Shown here one piece after another: positions 11,023 to 20,879 of a stretch of DNA of 64,000 nt; position 1 is the stretch's first letter; every line of letters begins with the position of its first letter. Origin of the DNA: an uncultured Chloroflexia bacterium (lineage in GTDB: Bacteria; Chloroflexota; Limnocylindria; Limnocylindrales; CSP1-4); contig CAWHXD010000007.1 of NCBI GenBank assembly GCA_963833225.1, positions 160,001 to 224,000 on the forward strand. Direction: 5' to 3'. Under the pieces are notes generated by a model. It was not told where the DNA came from, made no database searches, and saw nothing but the letters and a program-made list of their open reading frames with translations. Both the position numbers and the translations under genes were made by a program.

Positions 11023-12351
11023 CGAATCCCGGCCCGGCATCCCAGGCCGCCGGTGACGCCCCGCCGCCCGCCCGCGCTTCCGCCCGCTGCCGACGCCCCC
11101 CAGTCGACCGCCGCTCCTGCCTGGTGGCGCCGCCCCGGCCTCGACGTGGTCGCCGGCGCGCCTGTCGCTCAACGGCGCCGACCTCGAGGGCGCTCGTCCG
11201 CGAGCACGGCACGCCGCTCTTCGTCTACGACCTCGCCCGACCGCGCGAAACGGTCAGGGCCCTGCAGGCCGCGCTCGCCCGGACCGGCCTGCCGTCCGTG
11301 ACCCGGTTCGCCCTCAAGGCGTGCCCGGATCCCCAGATCCTGGCCGTGCTTCGCGCCATGGGCGCCCCGGGCACGCCGGAGAGCGTCGGCATCGACGCCT
11401 GCTCCCCGGGCGAGGTCACCCACGCCCTGGCCCATGGTTGGGAGCCCGAGGAGATCAGCCACACTGGGACCAACGTCTCCGAGCGCGACCTCGACGTCCT
11501 GCTCGCCCATCCGATCCGGATCAACCTCGATGCCGTCAGCCAGGTGGAGCGTGTGGGTCGCCGCGCGCCGGGACGCCACATCGGCCTCCGGATCAATCCG
11601 GGGACCGGCGCCGGCTACACGGAACACCTCTCCTATGCCGGCGAACGGCCCACCAAGTTCGGCATCACGGCCGACACGCTCGATGACGCGATCGCCGCGG
11701 CCCGTCGCCACGGGCTCGTCGTGGACACGCTCCACTTCCACGCGGGCTCCGGCTGGCTGGGCGACCAGCTGGACGGGTTCGAGCGCGCCCTCGTCGCCGC
11801 AACCGGGTTTCTCGACCGCCTTGCCGACGCCGGCACCACGATCACGGAGGTCAACGTGGGTGGCGGCCTCGGCCGCGTGCGCGCGAGATCGCGAGCAGCC
11901 GGTGAACCTCGACGCGTACGCGCAGGTCGTCGCGCGCCACCTCGGGCCATACGGGGTGACCATCGCTGTCGAGCCCGGGGACCTGATCATCAAGGATGCC
12001 GCCATCCTGATGGGCGAGGTGGTGACGGTGGAGCGGCGCGGCGGGACCACCTTCGTCGGCCTCGACATCGGCTGGAACGTGAACTGCGCCTACTTCGTCT
12101 ACCGCTACGCCCAGGAGATCCTCACCGTTCGCGACCCGCTGCGCGAGCGCACGCAGGTCGTCACCGTCGCCGGCCACATCAACGAGGCCGGCGACCTGTT
12201 CGCCGAGGACTACCCGTTTCCCGACGTGGCCGAGGGCGAGGTCGTGGCCATCCTCAACGCCGGCGGCTATCTCCAGGCGATGGCGATGACCCACTGCCTG
12301 AGGCCCACCGGCCGGGCGGTGTACCTCGACCGGCAGGCCGTGCTGCCGTGA
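11019..12351 (+). CDS. Diaminopimelate decarboxylase-like PLP enzyme (fold type III), several frameshifts (~11075-11165, ~11880)
   Basis: HGTPLFVYD, FALKAC, DACSPGE, GLRINP, TKFGI, HFHAGSG, NVGGG, VEPGD, VAGHINEAGD, NAGGY. Confidence 0.75.
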
Positions 12352-13172
12352 CCGGGAGGGCGTTCGAGGGGTTTGTGCCCGTCAAGGGTGGGCGCCTCTG
12401 GGCCCAGTGGGCCGGCGACGGCCCGGGCGTGGTGCTCGCCCACGCGGGCATCGCCGACGCCCGGATGTGGGACCCGCAGTGGGAGGCCCTGGCCAGGCGA
12501 TCTCGGGTCGTCCGTTATGACCTGCGCGGCTTTGGCCGGTCCGACGTTGAGCACACCACCTTCTCCAACCGCGCGGACCTCGTCTCGGTGATGGACGCCG
12601 CGGGCCTCGACACCGCCGTCCTCGTCGGCTGCTCCCGGGCCGGGTCGATCGTCATCGACACCGCCCTCGAGGTTCCGGACCGGGTCCGCGGCATCGTCTG
12701 GGTCTGCGGTGGAGTGTCCGGCGAGCTCGAGCTTGAGGAGACGCCCGAGGAGGTGGCTGCGGCCGAGCGTGACGAGTCCCTGGAGCTGGCGCGGGACTGG
12801 GCAGGGCTTGCCGACCACGACGTCGCGGTCTGGGTGGACGGGATCGGCCAGCCGCCTGGACGCGCGCCGGAGGCGGTGCGCGGGCTCGTCCGGCGGATGG
12901 CCTACGAGACGTATGTCCAGGACAAGGCATACGGCGACGAGGTGCAGCTGGATCCGCCCGCGGTGGGACGCCTGGGCGAGATCCGGGTCCCGCTGCTCGC
13001 GATCGTCGGCGACCTCGACCAGTCGGCCACGGCGGCGGTTGCGGATCTCCTGGTGGCCGAGGTGCCGAACGCGCGCCGGATCGATCTCCAGGGCGTGGCC
13101 CATATGCCCAGTCTCGAGCGGCCCGAGTGGTTCACGCGGACCCTGCTCGCCTTCCTTGCGGAGGTCGCCTGA
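12348..13172 (+). CDS. Alpha/beta hydrolase
   Basis: HAGIAD, YDLRGFGRS, nucleophile elbow GCSRAG, GDLD, AHMPSLE; GTGA overlap with upstream stop. Confidence 0.85.
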   Translation: MTGRAFEGFVPVKGGRLWAQWAGDGPGVVLAHAGIADARMWDPQWEALARRSRVVRYDLRGFGRSDVEHTTFSNRADLVSVMDAAGLDTAVLVGCSRAGSIVIDTALEVPDRVRGIVWVCGGVSGELELEETPEEVAAAERDESLELARDWAGLADHDVAVWVDGIGQPPGRAPEAVRGLVRRMAYETYVQDKAYGDEVQLDPPAVGRLGEIRVPLLAIVGDLDQSATAAVADLLVAEVPNARRIDLQGVAHMPSLERPEWFTRTLLAFLAEVA

Positions 13173-13178
13173 GTCCTC

Positions 13179-14051
13179 GTGGAACCGACCGCACCCCACC
13201 CCGTGAACGAACCCTCCCTCGAACGGCAGGCCACGCGCGTGCGGGTGACCGCCTGGCGCTCGGGATCCGTCGAGGTCCGGGACGACCGGCTCGCCGGCGA
13301 GGAGCCGATGGCCATCCGCGCCGGCGGTCCCGGCCAGGAGCTGATCGATATCGCGGTCACGATGCGGACCCCGGGCCACGAGGCCGAGCTGGCCGTCGGC
13401 TTCCTGCTGACCGAGGGCCTGGTCGATGCCGCGTCGGACATCGCCGCCATCGAGGTGGGGGATCCCTCGACGCACGCCCAGCCCGACGATGAGGTCGTGG
13501 TCCGGCTCACGCGCCGCCTTGACCCCGACGCGATCTCGTCGCGCAACTTCGTGGCCACCGCCTCCTGTGGGATCTGCGGCAAGGCGTCGCTGGACCAGGT
13601 GCAGGTTCGCTGCGCGCCGATACCCGACGGTCCCGTCGTGACCCCGGAGATCCTGCTCGCGCTCCCGGGCCGCCTCCGCGAGGGCCAGGCCGTATTCGGG
13701 GCGACGGGGGGCCTCCATGCCGCGGGCCTGTTCGACCCCGCCGGGACGTTGATCGCCGTGCGCGAGGACGTCGGCCGCCACAACGCCCTCGACAAGCTGG
13801 TCGGCAGCCGGCTCCTCGCCGGAGAGGTGCCGCTCCACGCCCGCGTCCTGCTCGTCTCGGGACGGGCCAGCTTCGAGCTCGTCCAGAAGGCCGCCGTCGC
13901 GGGCATCCCGATCCTGGCCGCCGTCTCCGCCCCGAGCGACCTCGCCGTCGCGGCCGCGGAGCGGCTGGGCGTGACGCTGGTCGGGTTCCTGCGCGACCAG
14001 GGCTTCAACGTCTACGCCCGCCCTGACCGGGTGAGGGTCGGGCGGGCGTAG
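13179..14051 (+). CDS. fdhD: Formate dehydrogenase accessory sulfurtransferase FdhD
   Basis: TMRTPG, SCGICGK, TGGLHAA, REDVGRHNALDK, SGRASFELVQKA, VSAPS. Confidence 0.95.
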   Translation: MEPTAPHPVNEPSLERQATRVRVTAWRSGSVEVRDDRLAGEEPMAIRAGGPGQELIDIAVTMRTPGHEAELAVGFLLTEGLVDAASDIAAIEVGDPSTHAQPDDEVVVRLTRRLDPDAISSRNFVATASCGICGKASLDQVQVRCAPIPDGPVVTPEILLALPGRLREGQAVFGATGGLHAAGLFDPAGTLIAVREDVGRHNALDKLVGSRLLAGEVPLHARVLLVSGRASFELVQKAAVAGIPILAAVSAPSDLAVAAAERLGVTLVGFLRDQGFNVYARPDRVRVGRA

Positions 14052-14121
14052 GGCTCCTCCGCAGGGTTGGGAGCCGCACCGGGCGGGCCAGGGCGCGCTC
14101 CGGGGATCAGCCTCCCGGGCG

Positions 14122-15726
14122 TCAGCCGCCCGGGTCGAGCGGCTCGAATGGGGCCGGTGGCGACGACTCCGCGATCGCCCGCTCCAGCTCGCGGTCGAGC
14201 CGGATCTTGGTCAGGACGAGGAACATCACCACGGCAAGGATGAGGGCCAGCACGATGATCATGGCTTGGCGCCGGAACACGCTCTGGTCGATCTTGGAGG
14301 TCGCCAGCTCCGTCGCCCCCTCGGCCTTGGCCTTGGCGTCGCTGGCCAGCTTGGCCACCTCGGTGAGCTTCGTGGTGTGGACGGCGGCCTGGGCCTGGAT
14401 CAGGCTCGTCTTGGCGCTGACGAGGGCCGCCTCGGCATCGTCGGTGATCATGCCCAGGCCGGCCGCGCTCTGGATCGTCTGGTCCGCCGCGTCGTAGGCG
14501 TCCTGGGCCGAGACCACGGCGGCGGAGATCCCCTCGATCTGCGTGTAGATCTGCGATTCGGGGTGGTGGCACGTGTCACAGCGCCGGTCCGCCGGGTCCG
14601 CGAAACGGCTGAGCTCGAGGCGCAGCCGGTGCGTTCCGAGGTCGTGGCAGGTCGCGCAGCTGTAATCGGGTGCCTGCGGATGGAAGAACAGGGCCGAGCT
14701 CGGCTGCGAGACGTCGTGCGTGCCGTGGCAGGTCCAGCACTTGGGGGCGGCGGCCTGGAGCTCGGAGTGGCGGCTCTGCTCGTACAGCGCCTGGGTCGCG
14801 GTGTGGCACTTGCCGCACACGTCCACGACCGTGCTCGACGTGGGCGGCTTGGCATCGTGCGAGCCATGGCACGAGGCGCAGCTTGGCGCGCGCACGTCCT
14901 TGTTCTCGAGGAGGGCGACCCCGTGAACGCTCTTGGAGTAGATGTCGAACTGGTCGGTGGGGATGCCGTACGGCTCCATCCGCTTGGCGTCGGCATGGCA
15001 CCCCGCGCACAGGTTCGGGATGTTGAGGGCGAACACCTTGGCGCTCGGGTCGGACACCTTCTTGACGTCATGCGCGCCATGGCAGTCGGTGCAGACCGCG
15101 ACCCGCGTGTCGCTTGCGGTCAGCAGGCGCTGGCCGTGGACGCTGGACCAGTACTTGGCGTACTGGTCGGTGGGCAGGCCTGAGACGCCCATCCTCTCCA
15201 CGCTGGCGTGGCAGCTGCCGCACAGGGCGACCGACTCGAGGCGCCCCGGGGTCCCCGAATAGCCGGCGCCGGCGTCCATGGCCTTGGTGATCTGGTCGCT
15301 TCCCGGATCACCGCCGTGGCAGTCCGCGCAGGTCACGCCGGCGGCGGCGTGCGCGCTCGAGTCCCACTCGGCGACGATGGCCGCCTGCTTGTCGTTCACC
15401 GCGCCATGGCAGTCCGCGCAGCCGTTCAGGCCGCCGCCATCGGGGTGGGCCACGGGCGTCGGCAGCGGCGGGGCGCTCGCGGCCGGCTCGGTCGGCGAGG
15501 GCTCCGGGGTGGCGAACAGCCACCCGTTGTCCGAGGCGCCGGGCGTGGGGACCACGGGCGTGGTGGCGGAGGGGCTGGGGTCCGGCACGGTGCCGGGGCT
15601 CGGGCTCTCGGCGGATGCCGAGAACGCGACCAGCATCCAGGTGGTCAGCGCCACCGACACGGTCACGCCGAGGCGGACGGCCCGGCGGAGCGAGGTGGAG
15701 GTTCGGAGCTCCCGGTCAGCGCTCAT
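14122..15726 (-). CDS. Decaheme cytochrome c with signal peptide, Pro-rich linker, coiled coil and C-terminal TM anchor
   Basis: 10 CxxCH (CADCH x2, CGSCH, CTDCH, CAGCH, CASCH, CGKCH, CWTCH, CATCH, CDTCH); C-terminal MIIVLALILAVVMFLVL. Confidence 0.9.
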   Translation of the reverse strand: MSADRELRTSTSLRRAVRLGVTVSVALTTWMLVAFSASAESPSPGTVPDPSPSATTPVVPTPGASDNGWLFATPEPSPTEPAASAPPLPTPVAHPDGGGLNGCADCHGAVNDKQAAIVAEWDSSAHAAAGVTCADCHGGDPGSDQITKAMDAGAGYSGTPGRLESVALCGSCHASVERMGVSGLPTDQYAKYWSSVHGQRLLTASDTRVAVCTDCHGAHDVKKVSDPSAKVFALNIPNLCAGCHADAKRMEPYGIPTDQFDIYSKSVHGVALLENKDVRAPSCASCHGSHDAKPPTSSTVVDVCGKCHTATQALYEQSRHSELQAAAPKCWTCHGTHDVSQPSSALFFHPQAPDYSCATCHDLGTHRLRLELSRFADPADRRCDTCHHPESQIYTQIEGISAAVVSAQDAYDAADQTIQSAAGLGMITDDAEAALVSAKTSLIQAQAAVHTTKLTEVAKLASDAKAKAEGATELATSKIDQSVFRRQAMIIVLALILAVVMFLVLTKIRLDRELERAIAESSPPAPFEPLDPGG

Positions 15727-15728
15727 CG

Positions 15729-16805
15729 CTAGCTCACATACCCCCAGACGGTGAGGGCGACCAGCCCCAGGAGGACGAGCGTCGCCACGCCCACGACGAG
15801 CTTTCGACGGCGGATCAGGACCTCCGGGCTTCGATCGAGGAACGGCCAGACGACGAGGAGCCCGATGCCCACGATGGGGACCATGATCCCGACCAGCTTG
15901 TCCGGGATGAGCTTGAGCAGCTCGTACACGCCGAGGTAGTACCACTCGGGTTTGGTGTGGGCGGGCGTCTGGAGCGGGTTCGCCTGACCCTCGAGACCGG
16001 CCGGGAACAGCGAGGCGAGGATCACGAGCACCGCGAGGATGATGTACCAGGCGATCAGCTCGTCGATGATGTAGTGCGGGAAGAAGGGTCGCAGCGGCTC
16101 GCGGTCGTGCTCGGGGCTCGGCACCTTCGGCTCGGGGCGCTTGGGGTTGGCCAGCCCGAGCTGGTGCACGAGGACGAGATGCCCCGCGAGGAGGGCACCA
16201 AGCGCCAGCGGCAGCACCAGGACGTGGATCCCGAAGAACCGGCTCATGGTGTCGCCGGTGACGTCGGCGCCGCCCCGCAGCAGCAGGAGCAGCGGCTCGC
16301 CGATCAGCGGCACGCCGCCGGCGATCTCGGTGCCAACGACGGTCGCCCAGTACGCGCGCTGGTCCCATGGCAGCAGGTATCCGGTGAACCCGAACCCGAG
16401 GGTCACCATCAGCAGCAGGCAGCCCACCACCCAGGTGAGCTCGCGCGGGTACTTGTAGGCGGCCTGGGCGAACACCCGCACGAGGTGCAGCGTCACGAAC
16501 AGGATCATCAGGTTGGCGGTCCAGTGGTGGATGGACCGGATCAGCCAGCCGAAGGTGACATCGCTGGTGATGAACTGGACGCTTTCGAACGCGGCGTCGG
16601 GGGTGGGCTTGTAGTAGAGCGACAGCAGGGTGCCGGTGACCACCTGGATGCCGAACAGGAACAGGGCGATCCCGCCGAAGTAGTAGGTCCGGGCGGACAT
16701 CGGGATCCGGACGTGCAGGCTCGCCCGCAGGACAGGGCCGAGCCCCGTCCGTCGTTCGAGCCAGCTTGCCTGCCCCTGGGGCTCGGTCACCGGACGGGTC
16801 GCCAT
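15729..16805 (-). CDS. qcrB: Cytochrome b of a bc-type complex (fused b6 + subunit IV type)
   Basis: GWLIRSIHHW, LHLVRV, GFTGYLLPWDQ, RFFGIHV, PFFPHY, NPLQTP, KPEWY. Confidence 0.92.
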   Translation of the reverse strand: MATRPVTEPQGQASWLERRTGLGPVLRASLHVRIPMSARTYYFGGIALFLFGIQVVTGTLLSLYYKPTPDAAFESVQFITSDVTFGWLIRSIHHWTANLMILFVTLHLVRVFAQAAYKYPRELTWVVGCLLLMVTLGFGFTGYLLPWDQRAYWATVVGTEIAGGVPLIGEPLLLLLRGGADVTGDTMSRFFGIHVLVLPLALGALLAGHLVLVHQLGLANPKRPEPKVPSPEHDREPLRPFFPHYIIDELIAWYIILAVLVILASLFPAGLEGQANPLQTPAHTKPEWYYLGVYELLKLIPDKLVGIMVPIVGIGLLVVWPFLDRSPEVLIRRRKLVVGVATLVLLGLVALTVWGYVS

Positions 16806-16806
16806 C

Positions 16807-17301
16807 TCAGGCCTCCGTCAGGAAGATCTGGTCGCCCTCGACCGTGACCGGGATGGGTGTCAGCGGGGCGGGCGGTGGACCAGAGACCACGACGCCGGTC
16901 GACGGGTTGAAGCGCCCATCGTGGCAGGGGCACTGGATGACGCCGATCATGTCGTTCCAGGCGACGACACAGCCGAGGTGGGTGCAGATCGCCGAGAAGG
17001 CCTTCACGCCCTGCTCGGTGTTGACCACGATGGCGGGCTTGGCCCCCATGGCCACGATCTTGCCCGCGCCGACCGGGATGTCGGCCGTGGTGCCGGCCGC
17101 GATCCGCGTACCACCGGCCGCGCGACCACTTTGGGTGGGGATGAGGAAGCCGATGATCGGCGTGAGGACCATCGCGGCGGTGGAGACGACGGTCAGGCCT
17201 CCGAGCCAGCGCAGGAACGAGCGACGCGAGGCCCCTGGGCCGCTGGGCGCGCTGGCCCCGGGTTCCTGAGCGGTTGGCTGGACTCCCGACGCGGGCTCCA
17301 T
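16807..17301 (-). CDS. qcrA: Rieske iron-sulfur subunit of bc-type complex (Tat-exported)
   Basis: SRRSFL Tat motif; CTHLGC and CPCHDGRF; GPPPAPL; directly upstream of cytochrome b. Confidence 0.9.
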   Translation of the reverse strand: MEPASGVQPTAQEPGASAPSGPGASRRSFLRWLGGLTVVSTAAMVLTPIIGFLIPTQSGRAAGGTRIAAGTTADIPVGAGKIVAMGAKPAIVVNTEQGVKAFSAICTHLGCVVAWNDMIGVIQCPCHDGRFNPSTGVVVSGPPPAPLTPIPVTVEGDQIFLTEA

Positions 17302-17383
17302 CGACGCCTCCACCTCGCCTGGCAGCCGCGTGCCAGCGCGCCTGCCCCTGGGGTGGATTGTGATGGCGGCGGGCATCGCATCA

Positions 17384-17403
17384 AACCCATGAGTCGATAC
17401 AGA
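17384..17403. promoter_or_regulatory. Candidate operator upstream of qcrA
   Basis: AACCCATG-AGTC-GATACAGA, variant of CCTGTATC-N4-GATACAGG; minus-strand CACAAT -10-like at 17357-17362. Confidence 0.5.
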
Positions 17404-17461
17404 ACCCTCGCCGGCCCCTATGCCAAATGGCACCCCTGGGGGCGCCGATCGGCTCCCAACG

Positions 17462-19153
17462 TCAGCCCCCGGGCGACAGCGGCCACGCCAGCCCGAGGGG
17501 CGGATCGTCGACGATGCCCTCCTGCGGCCCATGGGAGCCCGGCGTCGTCACCGGGAGCACCGGGTTCGCGTGGCAGCGCGCGCAGGACACGGGTTGGTGG
17601 CAGTACGCGCAGGCCTGGTTGCCCTGGGTGCGGATGACCTGGGCATGGTTCGTGAGCATGGTGTCGTGGTCCACGCTCACGGCGCCCGTCGAATGGCAGT
17701 TCACGCAGTAGTCGCGGGCGTGGCACTCGCCGCACGACTGCCCGCCCGGATCCAGGCTGATGGCCACGTTCTTGTGGTTGAACACCCACAGCGTGTCGTC
17801 GGTGTGCGTGCTGGGCGGTTCGCCCAGTGGCAGGCTGGCAACCGCTGGACCGATCTGCGGGAAGGTGTGGCAGGTGTTGCAGGTCGACGGGATCGTCTCC
17901 GTGGTCGCCACGCCGTTGACGACCTTGAGATGGCCGCCGTCGTGGCACCGGAAGCAGCCCGGCCAGTCGAGGTGGCCGATGTTGCTGGCGTATGTTGCCG
18001 CGGTGACCTTCATCGCGGGCGTCGCGGTCAGCCGGTAGAGGACCCTGAGCTCGTCCTCGGCAACCGCGATCTGGGCGCCCTTCGTGGCGTAGACCTCGGG
18101 GTAGTTGGCCTTGTAGAACGTGCCGAGCTTGTCAATCTCGGCGTCGGCGGTCGCATCGTCCGGGAACGCGGCCCACAGGATCCGCATCCCCTCGCGCTTG
18201 ATATACGGCAGCGAGGGGTCGATGGCGCCGGTTGAGAGCTTGTAGTCGAGGTTGGAGCGCGGGTTCTGGATGTCGTGACCTACCCGGTTGTGACAGTCGT
18301 AGCAGCTGAGCGTGATGTTGCGCTCGGTGGCCTTGAGGGCATCGATGTTGGCGCGCACGTCGTCCGCCACGGTGACCTTGTCCTGGGCGATGTACTCGAC
18401 GACGGTCCCGTCGTCGCGGGTCGAGGTGACGTAGTCGATCACGGCCGAGTTGGCGTCGGGCGACGTGTAGGTGAACTGGGAGAGCACGTGCCAGTGGACG
18501 CTGCGACCGACATCGAACGCGTCGCCGCCCGCCGGACGAATCATCAGGCCCACGAAGTCGCGAGTGTTCGCCTCGTCCTCCTGGAACTGGGTCTGGGCGC
18601 GCAGCGCGACGAACGACCGGTCATTGAGAGAGTGGCATTTCTGGCACGTGTCCGACGGGCTGGGAAGGAGCTGGTGGTCGGGCGGCTCGATCGGCGTCGG
18701 GTACGTGTTGAGGACCACGCTGACCAGCTGGCGCGTGCCGGCGAGCTTGGACTTGACCCAGCCCACGACCCCGGGTTCCACGTGGCACTCGCCGCAATCG
18801 ACATCGCGGTGTGAGCCGAGGTGATACGCCTCGAGCTCGGGAGCCATGGTGTGACAGCGCCCGCAGAAGTCGGCCGTCTCGGTCCATTGGATCATCGTGA
18901 CGCCCGTGAACGCCACGACGCTGCCCCCGGCAGCCAGGACCAGCAGCAGGGCGAACAGGCCGGCCCTCGAGCGCGGCAACCGGAGGTGACGGCCACGGAG
19001 GTAGAACGGGTGCCCCGGGCGGTGTCCCCGGGCTGGCTCCGCGGCCGGCGGCTCCGCGGCGGCGGGCTCCTCCGGCGGCATCCCGTCGGCGGTCTCCCGC
19101 GTCGTCTCCTCGGTCTCCGGCGGAAGCCCGGCGCCGCCCTCGGGGTCGCTCAT
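17462..19153 (-). CDS. NapC/NirT-family membrane-anchored multiheme cytochrome c (10 hemes)
   Basis: N-terminal TM then WTETADFCGRCHTM...SHRDVDCGECH; total 10 CxxCH (CGRCH, CGECH, CQKCH, CYDCH, CFRCH, CNTCH, CGECH, CVNCH, CAYCH, CARCH). Confidence 0.9.
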   Translation of the reverse strand: MSDPEGGAGLPPETEETTRETADGMPPEEPAAAEPPAAEPARGHRPGHPFYLRGRHLRLPRSRAGLFALLLVLAAGGSVVAFTGVTMIQWTETADFCGRCHTMAPELEAYHLGSHRDVDCGECHVEPGVVGWVKSKLAGTRQLVSVVLNTYPTPIEPPDHQLLPSPSDTCQKCHSLNDRSFVALRAQTQFQEDEANTRDFVGLMIRPAGGDAFDVGRSVHWHVLSQFTYTSPDANSAVIDYVTSTRDDGTVVEYIAQDKVTVADDVRANIDALKATERNITLSCYDCHNRVGHDIQNPRSNLDYKLSTGAIDPSLPYIKREGMRILWAAFPDDATADAEIDKLGTFYKANYPEVYATKGAQIAVAEDELRVLYRLTATPAMKVTAATYASNIGHLDWPGCFRCHDGGHLKVVNGVATTETIPSTCNTCHTFPQIGPAVASLPLGEPPSTHTDDTLWVFNHKNVAISLDPGGQSCGECHARDYCVNCHSTGAVSVDHDTMLTNHAQVIRTQGNQACAYCHQPVSCARCHANPVLPVTTPGSHGPQEGIVDDPPLGLAWPLSPGG

Positions 19154-19160
19154 GGGAGCC

Positions 19161-19760
19161 TCAGTTCAGGATGGCCGCGACGGCGCGGGCCATGTCGTCC
19201 TTGGACAGCGCCCCGATCCGCACCTCGCGGATCCTCCCGTCGGCGCCGATGAAGAAGTGGGTCGGGATGCCCATGGACCGGTATGCGGCGGCCACGTCCG
19301 CATTCGGGTCAACCGCGATCGGGAAGCTGAGGCCCGCCCGCTGCGCGTACCCGGCGACATCCGCGGCCGGCTCGTTGATGAACACGCCCAGGACCACCAG
19401 GCCCTGCTCCCGGTTCGCCTCGTAGGTCGCCTCGACGTCGGCCGACTCGGTCCGGCAGTCCGGGCACCAGCTGGCGCCGAACGTCAACCACACGGGCTTG
19501 CCCGCGTAATCCGAGAGCGACACGGTTTCGCCGTTGTAGGTGAGCGCGGTGAAGTCCGGCGGAATCTCGCCGGCGGTCGGGGCGACCGCGGCGGCGTTGT
19601 CCGGCAGCTTGACCTGTGTGACGCCGTCGGTCATGCCGGCGCCGCTCGCCGACCAGGCCAGCACGCCCACGATGACGGCCACGATGACGATGACAACGAT
19701 GGTCTGCAGCCGACCGGCGAGATACCCGGAGGACCGGGTGCCCATGCCTGCTGCGGTCAT
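19161..19760 (-). CDS. resA: ResA/TlpA thiol-disulfide oxidoreductase
   Basis: N-terminal TM, PDFT, WCPDC, GIPTHFFIG. Confidence 0.85.
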   Translation of the reverse strand: MTAAGMGTRSSGYLAGRLQTIVVIVIVAVIVGVLAWSASGAGMTDGVTQVKLPDNAAAVAPTAGEIPPDFTALTYNGETVSLSDYAGKPVWLTFGASWCPDCRTESADVEATYEANREQGLVVLGVFINEPAADVAGYAQRAGLSFPIAVDPNADVAAAYRSMGIPTHFFIGADGRIREVRIGALSKDDMARAVAAILN

Positions 19761-19788
19761 GACTCGGTTCCTCGCTGCGGGCCGGGGC

Positions 19789-20865
19789 TCAGCCCAGGCC
19801 GGAATAGCTGTGGAGGCCGCTGAAGATCAGGTTGCCGAAGTACGTGAGCAGCGTCGCGAGGAACCCGATCACCAGCATCCAGGCCGCCCGGTTGCCCCGC
19901 CAGCCGCGCATCACCCGCGCATGGAGGTAGGCGCCGTAGATGAACCAGGTCACCAGTGACGCGGTCTCCTTGGGGTCCCACTGCCAGTAGCTGCCCCACG
20001 CGGTCTCGGCCCACACGGCGCCGAGGATGATGGTCAGGGTGAGGAACGGGAATCCGACCACGACCGCGCGGTAGCCGATCTCGTCGAGGACCATCGGCCT
20101 GGGGAGGCCCCAGCGCCCGCTGGAGGTCTCGGCGGCGGCGTCGCGGCCCCGCTTCGTGAACCAGTCCAGCACGGCCATCGCGACCAGCGCGATCCCCGTC
20201 GCGACCATGGCGTATCCGAACGCCTGCTTGTCCGCGTCCGCACCCCCGGTGAACGCGCCGACGAGCGCAGCGACGACGCCAACGGTCGTCGTGAGCAGCA
20301 CCGCGAGCGCATGGCGGGTCTGGAGCAGGAACAGGTAGGAGGCGGCGAACGCGATGGCGAACGAGCCGTAGGCGACGATCGCGGTGGCCACATGGACGGT
20401 GAGCAGCAGGTTGTTCTGGAGCGCGGGGAGGAGGGGCTCGATTTCGGCCGGGATCGTGAACGCGTAGAGGAGCATGCCCAACGCGACCGGCAGGGCGACG
20501 AGCGCCAGGATCCGCTGGTGGTACTTGCGCTCGAAGTAGAGGTAGGTGACGAGGACGCCGAAGGCGAACGCCATCGAGAACTCGTACATGTTCGCGAACG
20601 GCCCGTGACCGGTGACGATGGCCCGGAAGGTCAGGCTCAGCAGGAGCGCGAGCGTCGCGAGCCAGGTCAGGATGGTCGCGTACTTGCCCATGGCCGCCGT
20701 CCGTGGCCCGGACACGAGCCCGACAGGGCCGGTGGATACCGACGGGCCGGCCGTCTGCATCCGGGCCGCCCGCAGGCCGGAGACCGCGTAGACGAGGTAC
20801 ATCAGGAGCGCGAGCCCCGTCGCCAGCATCGAGGCGATGAACGCGTACTCGGAAACCTTGCCCAT
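19789..20865 (-). CDS. ccsA: System II cytochrome c synthase, WWD subunit (CcsA/ResC)
   Basis: PFANMYE, LLPALQ, HV, GAVWAETAWGSYWQWDPKET, GLHSY. Confidence 0.92.
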   Translation of the reverse strand: MGKVSEYAFIASMLATGLALLMYLVYAVSGLRAARMQTAGPSVSTGPVGLVSGPRTAAMGKYATILTWLATLALLLSLTFRAIVTGHGPFANMYEFSMAFAFGVLVTYLYFERKYHQRILALVALPVALGMLLYAFTIPAEIEPLLPALQNNLLLTVHVATAIVAYGSFAIAFAASYLFLLQTRHALAVLLTTTVGVVAALVGAFTGGADADKQAFGYAMVATGIALVAMAVLDWFTKRGRDAAAETSSGRWGLPRPMVLDEIGYRAVVVGFPFLTLTIILGAVWAETAWGSYWQWDPKETASLVTWFIYGAYLHARVMRGWRGNRAAWMLVIGFLATLLTYFGNLIFSGLHSYSGLG

Positions 20866-20879
20866 TGTGGGGACCTCCC

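Noticed and set aside
10146-13172. 1008 aa decarboxylase-hydrolase fusion ORF
   Set aside because: Artefact of frameshifts; the decarboxylase ends at 12351 and the hydrolase starts at the GTGA overlap
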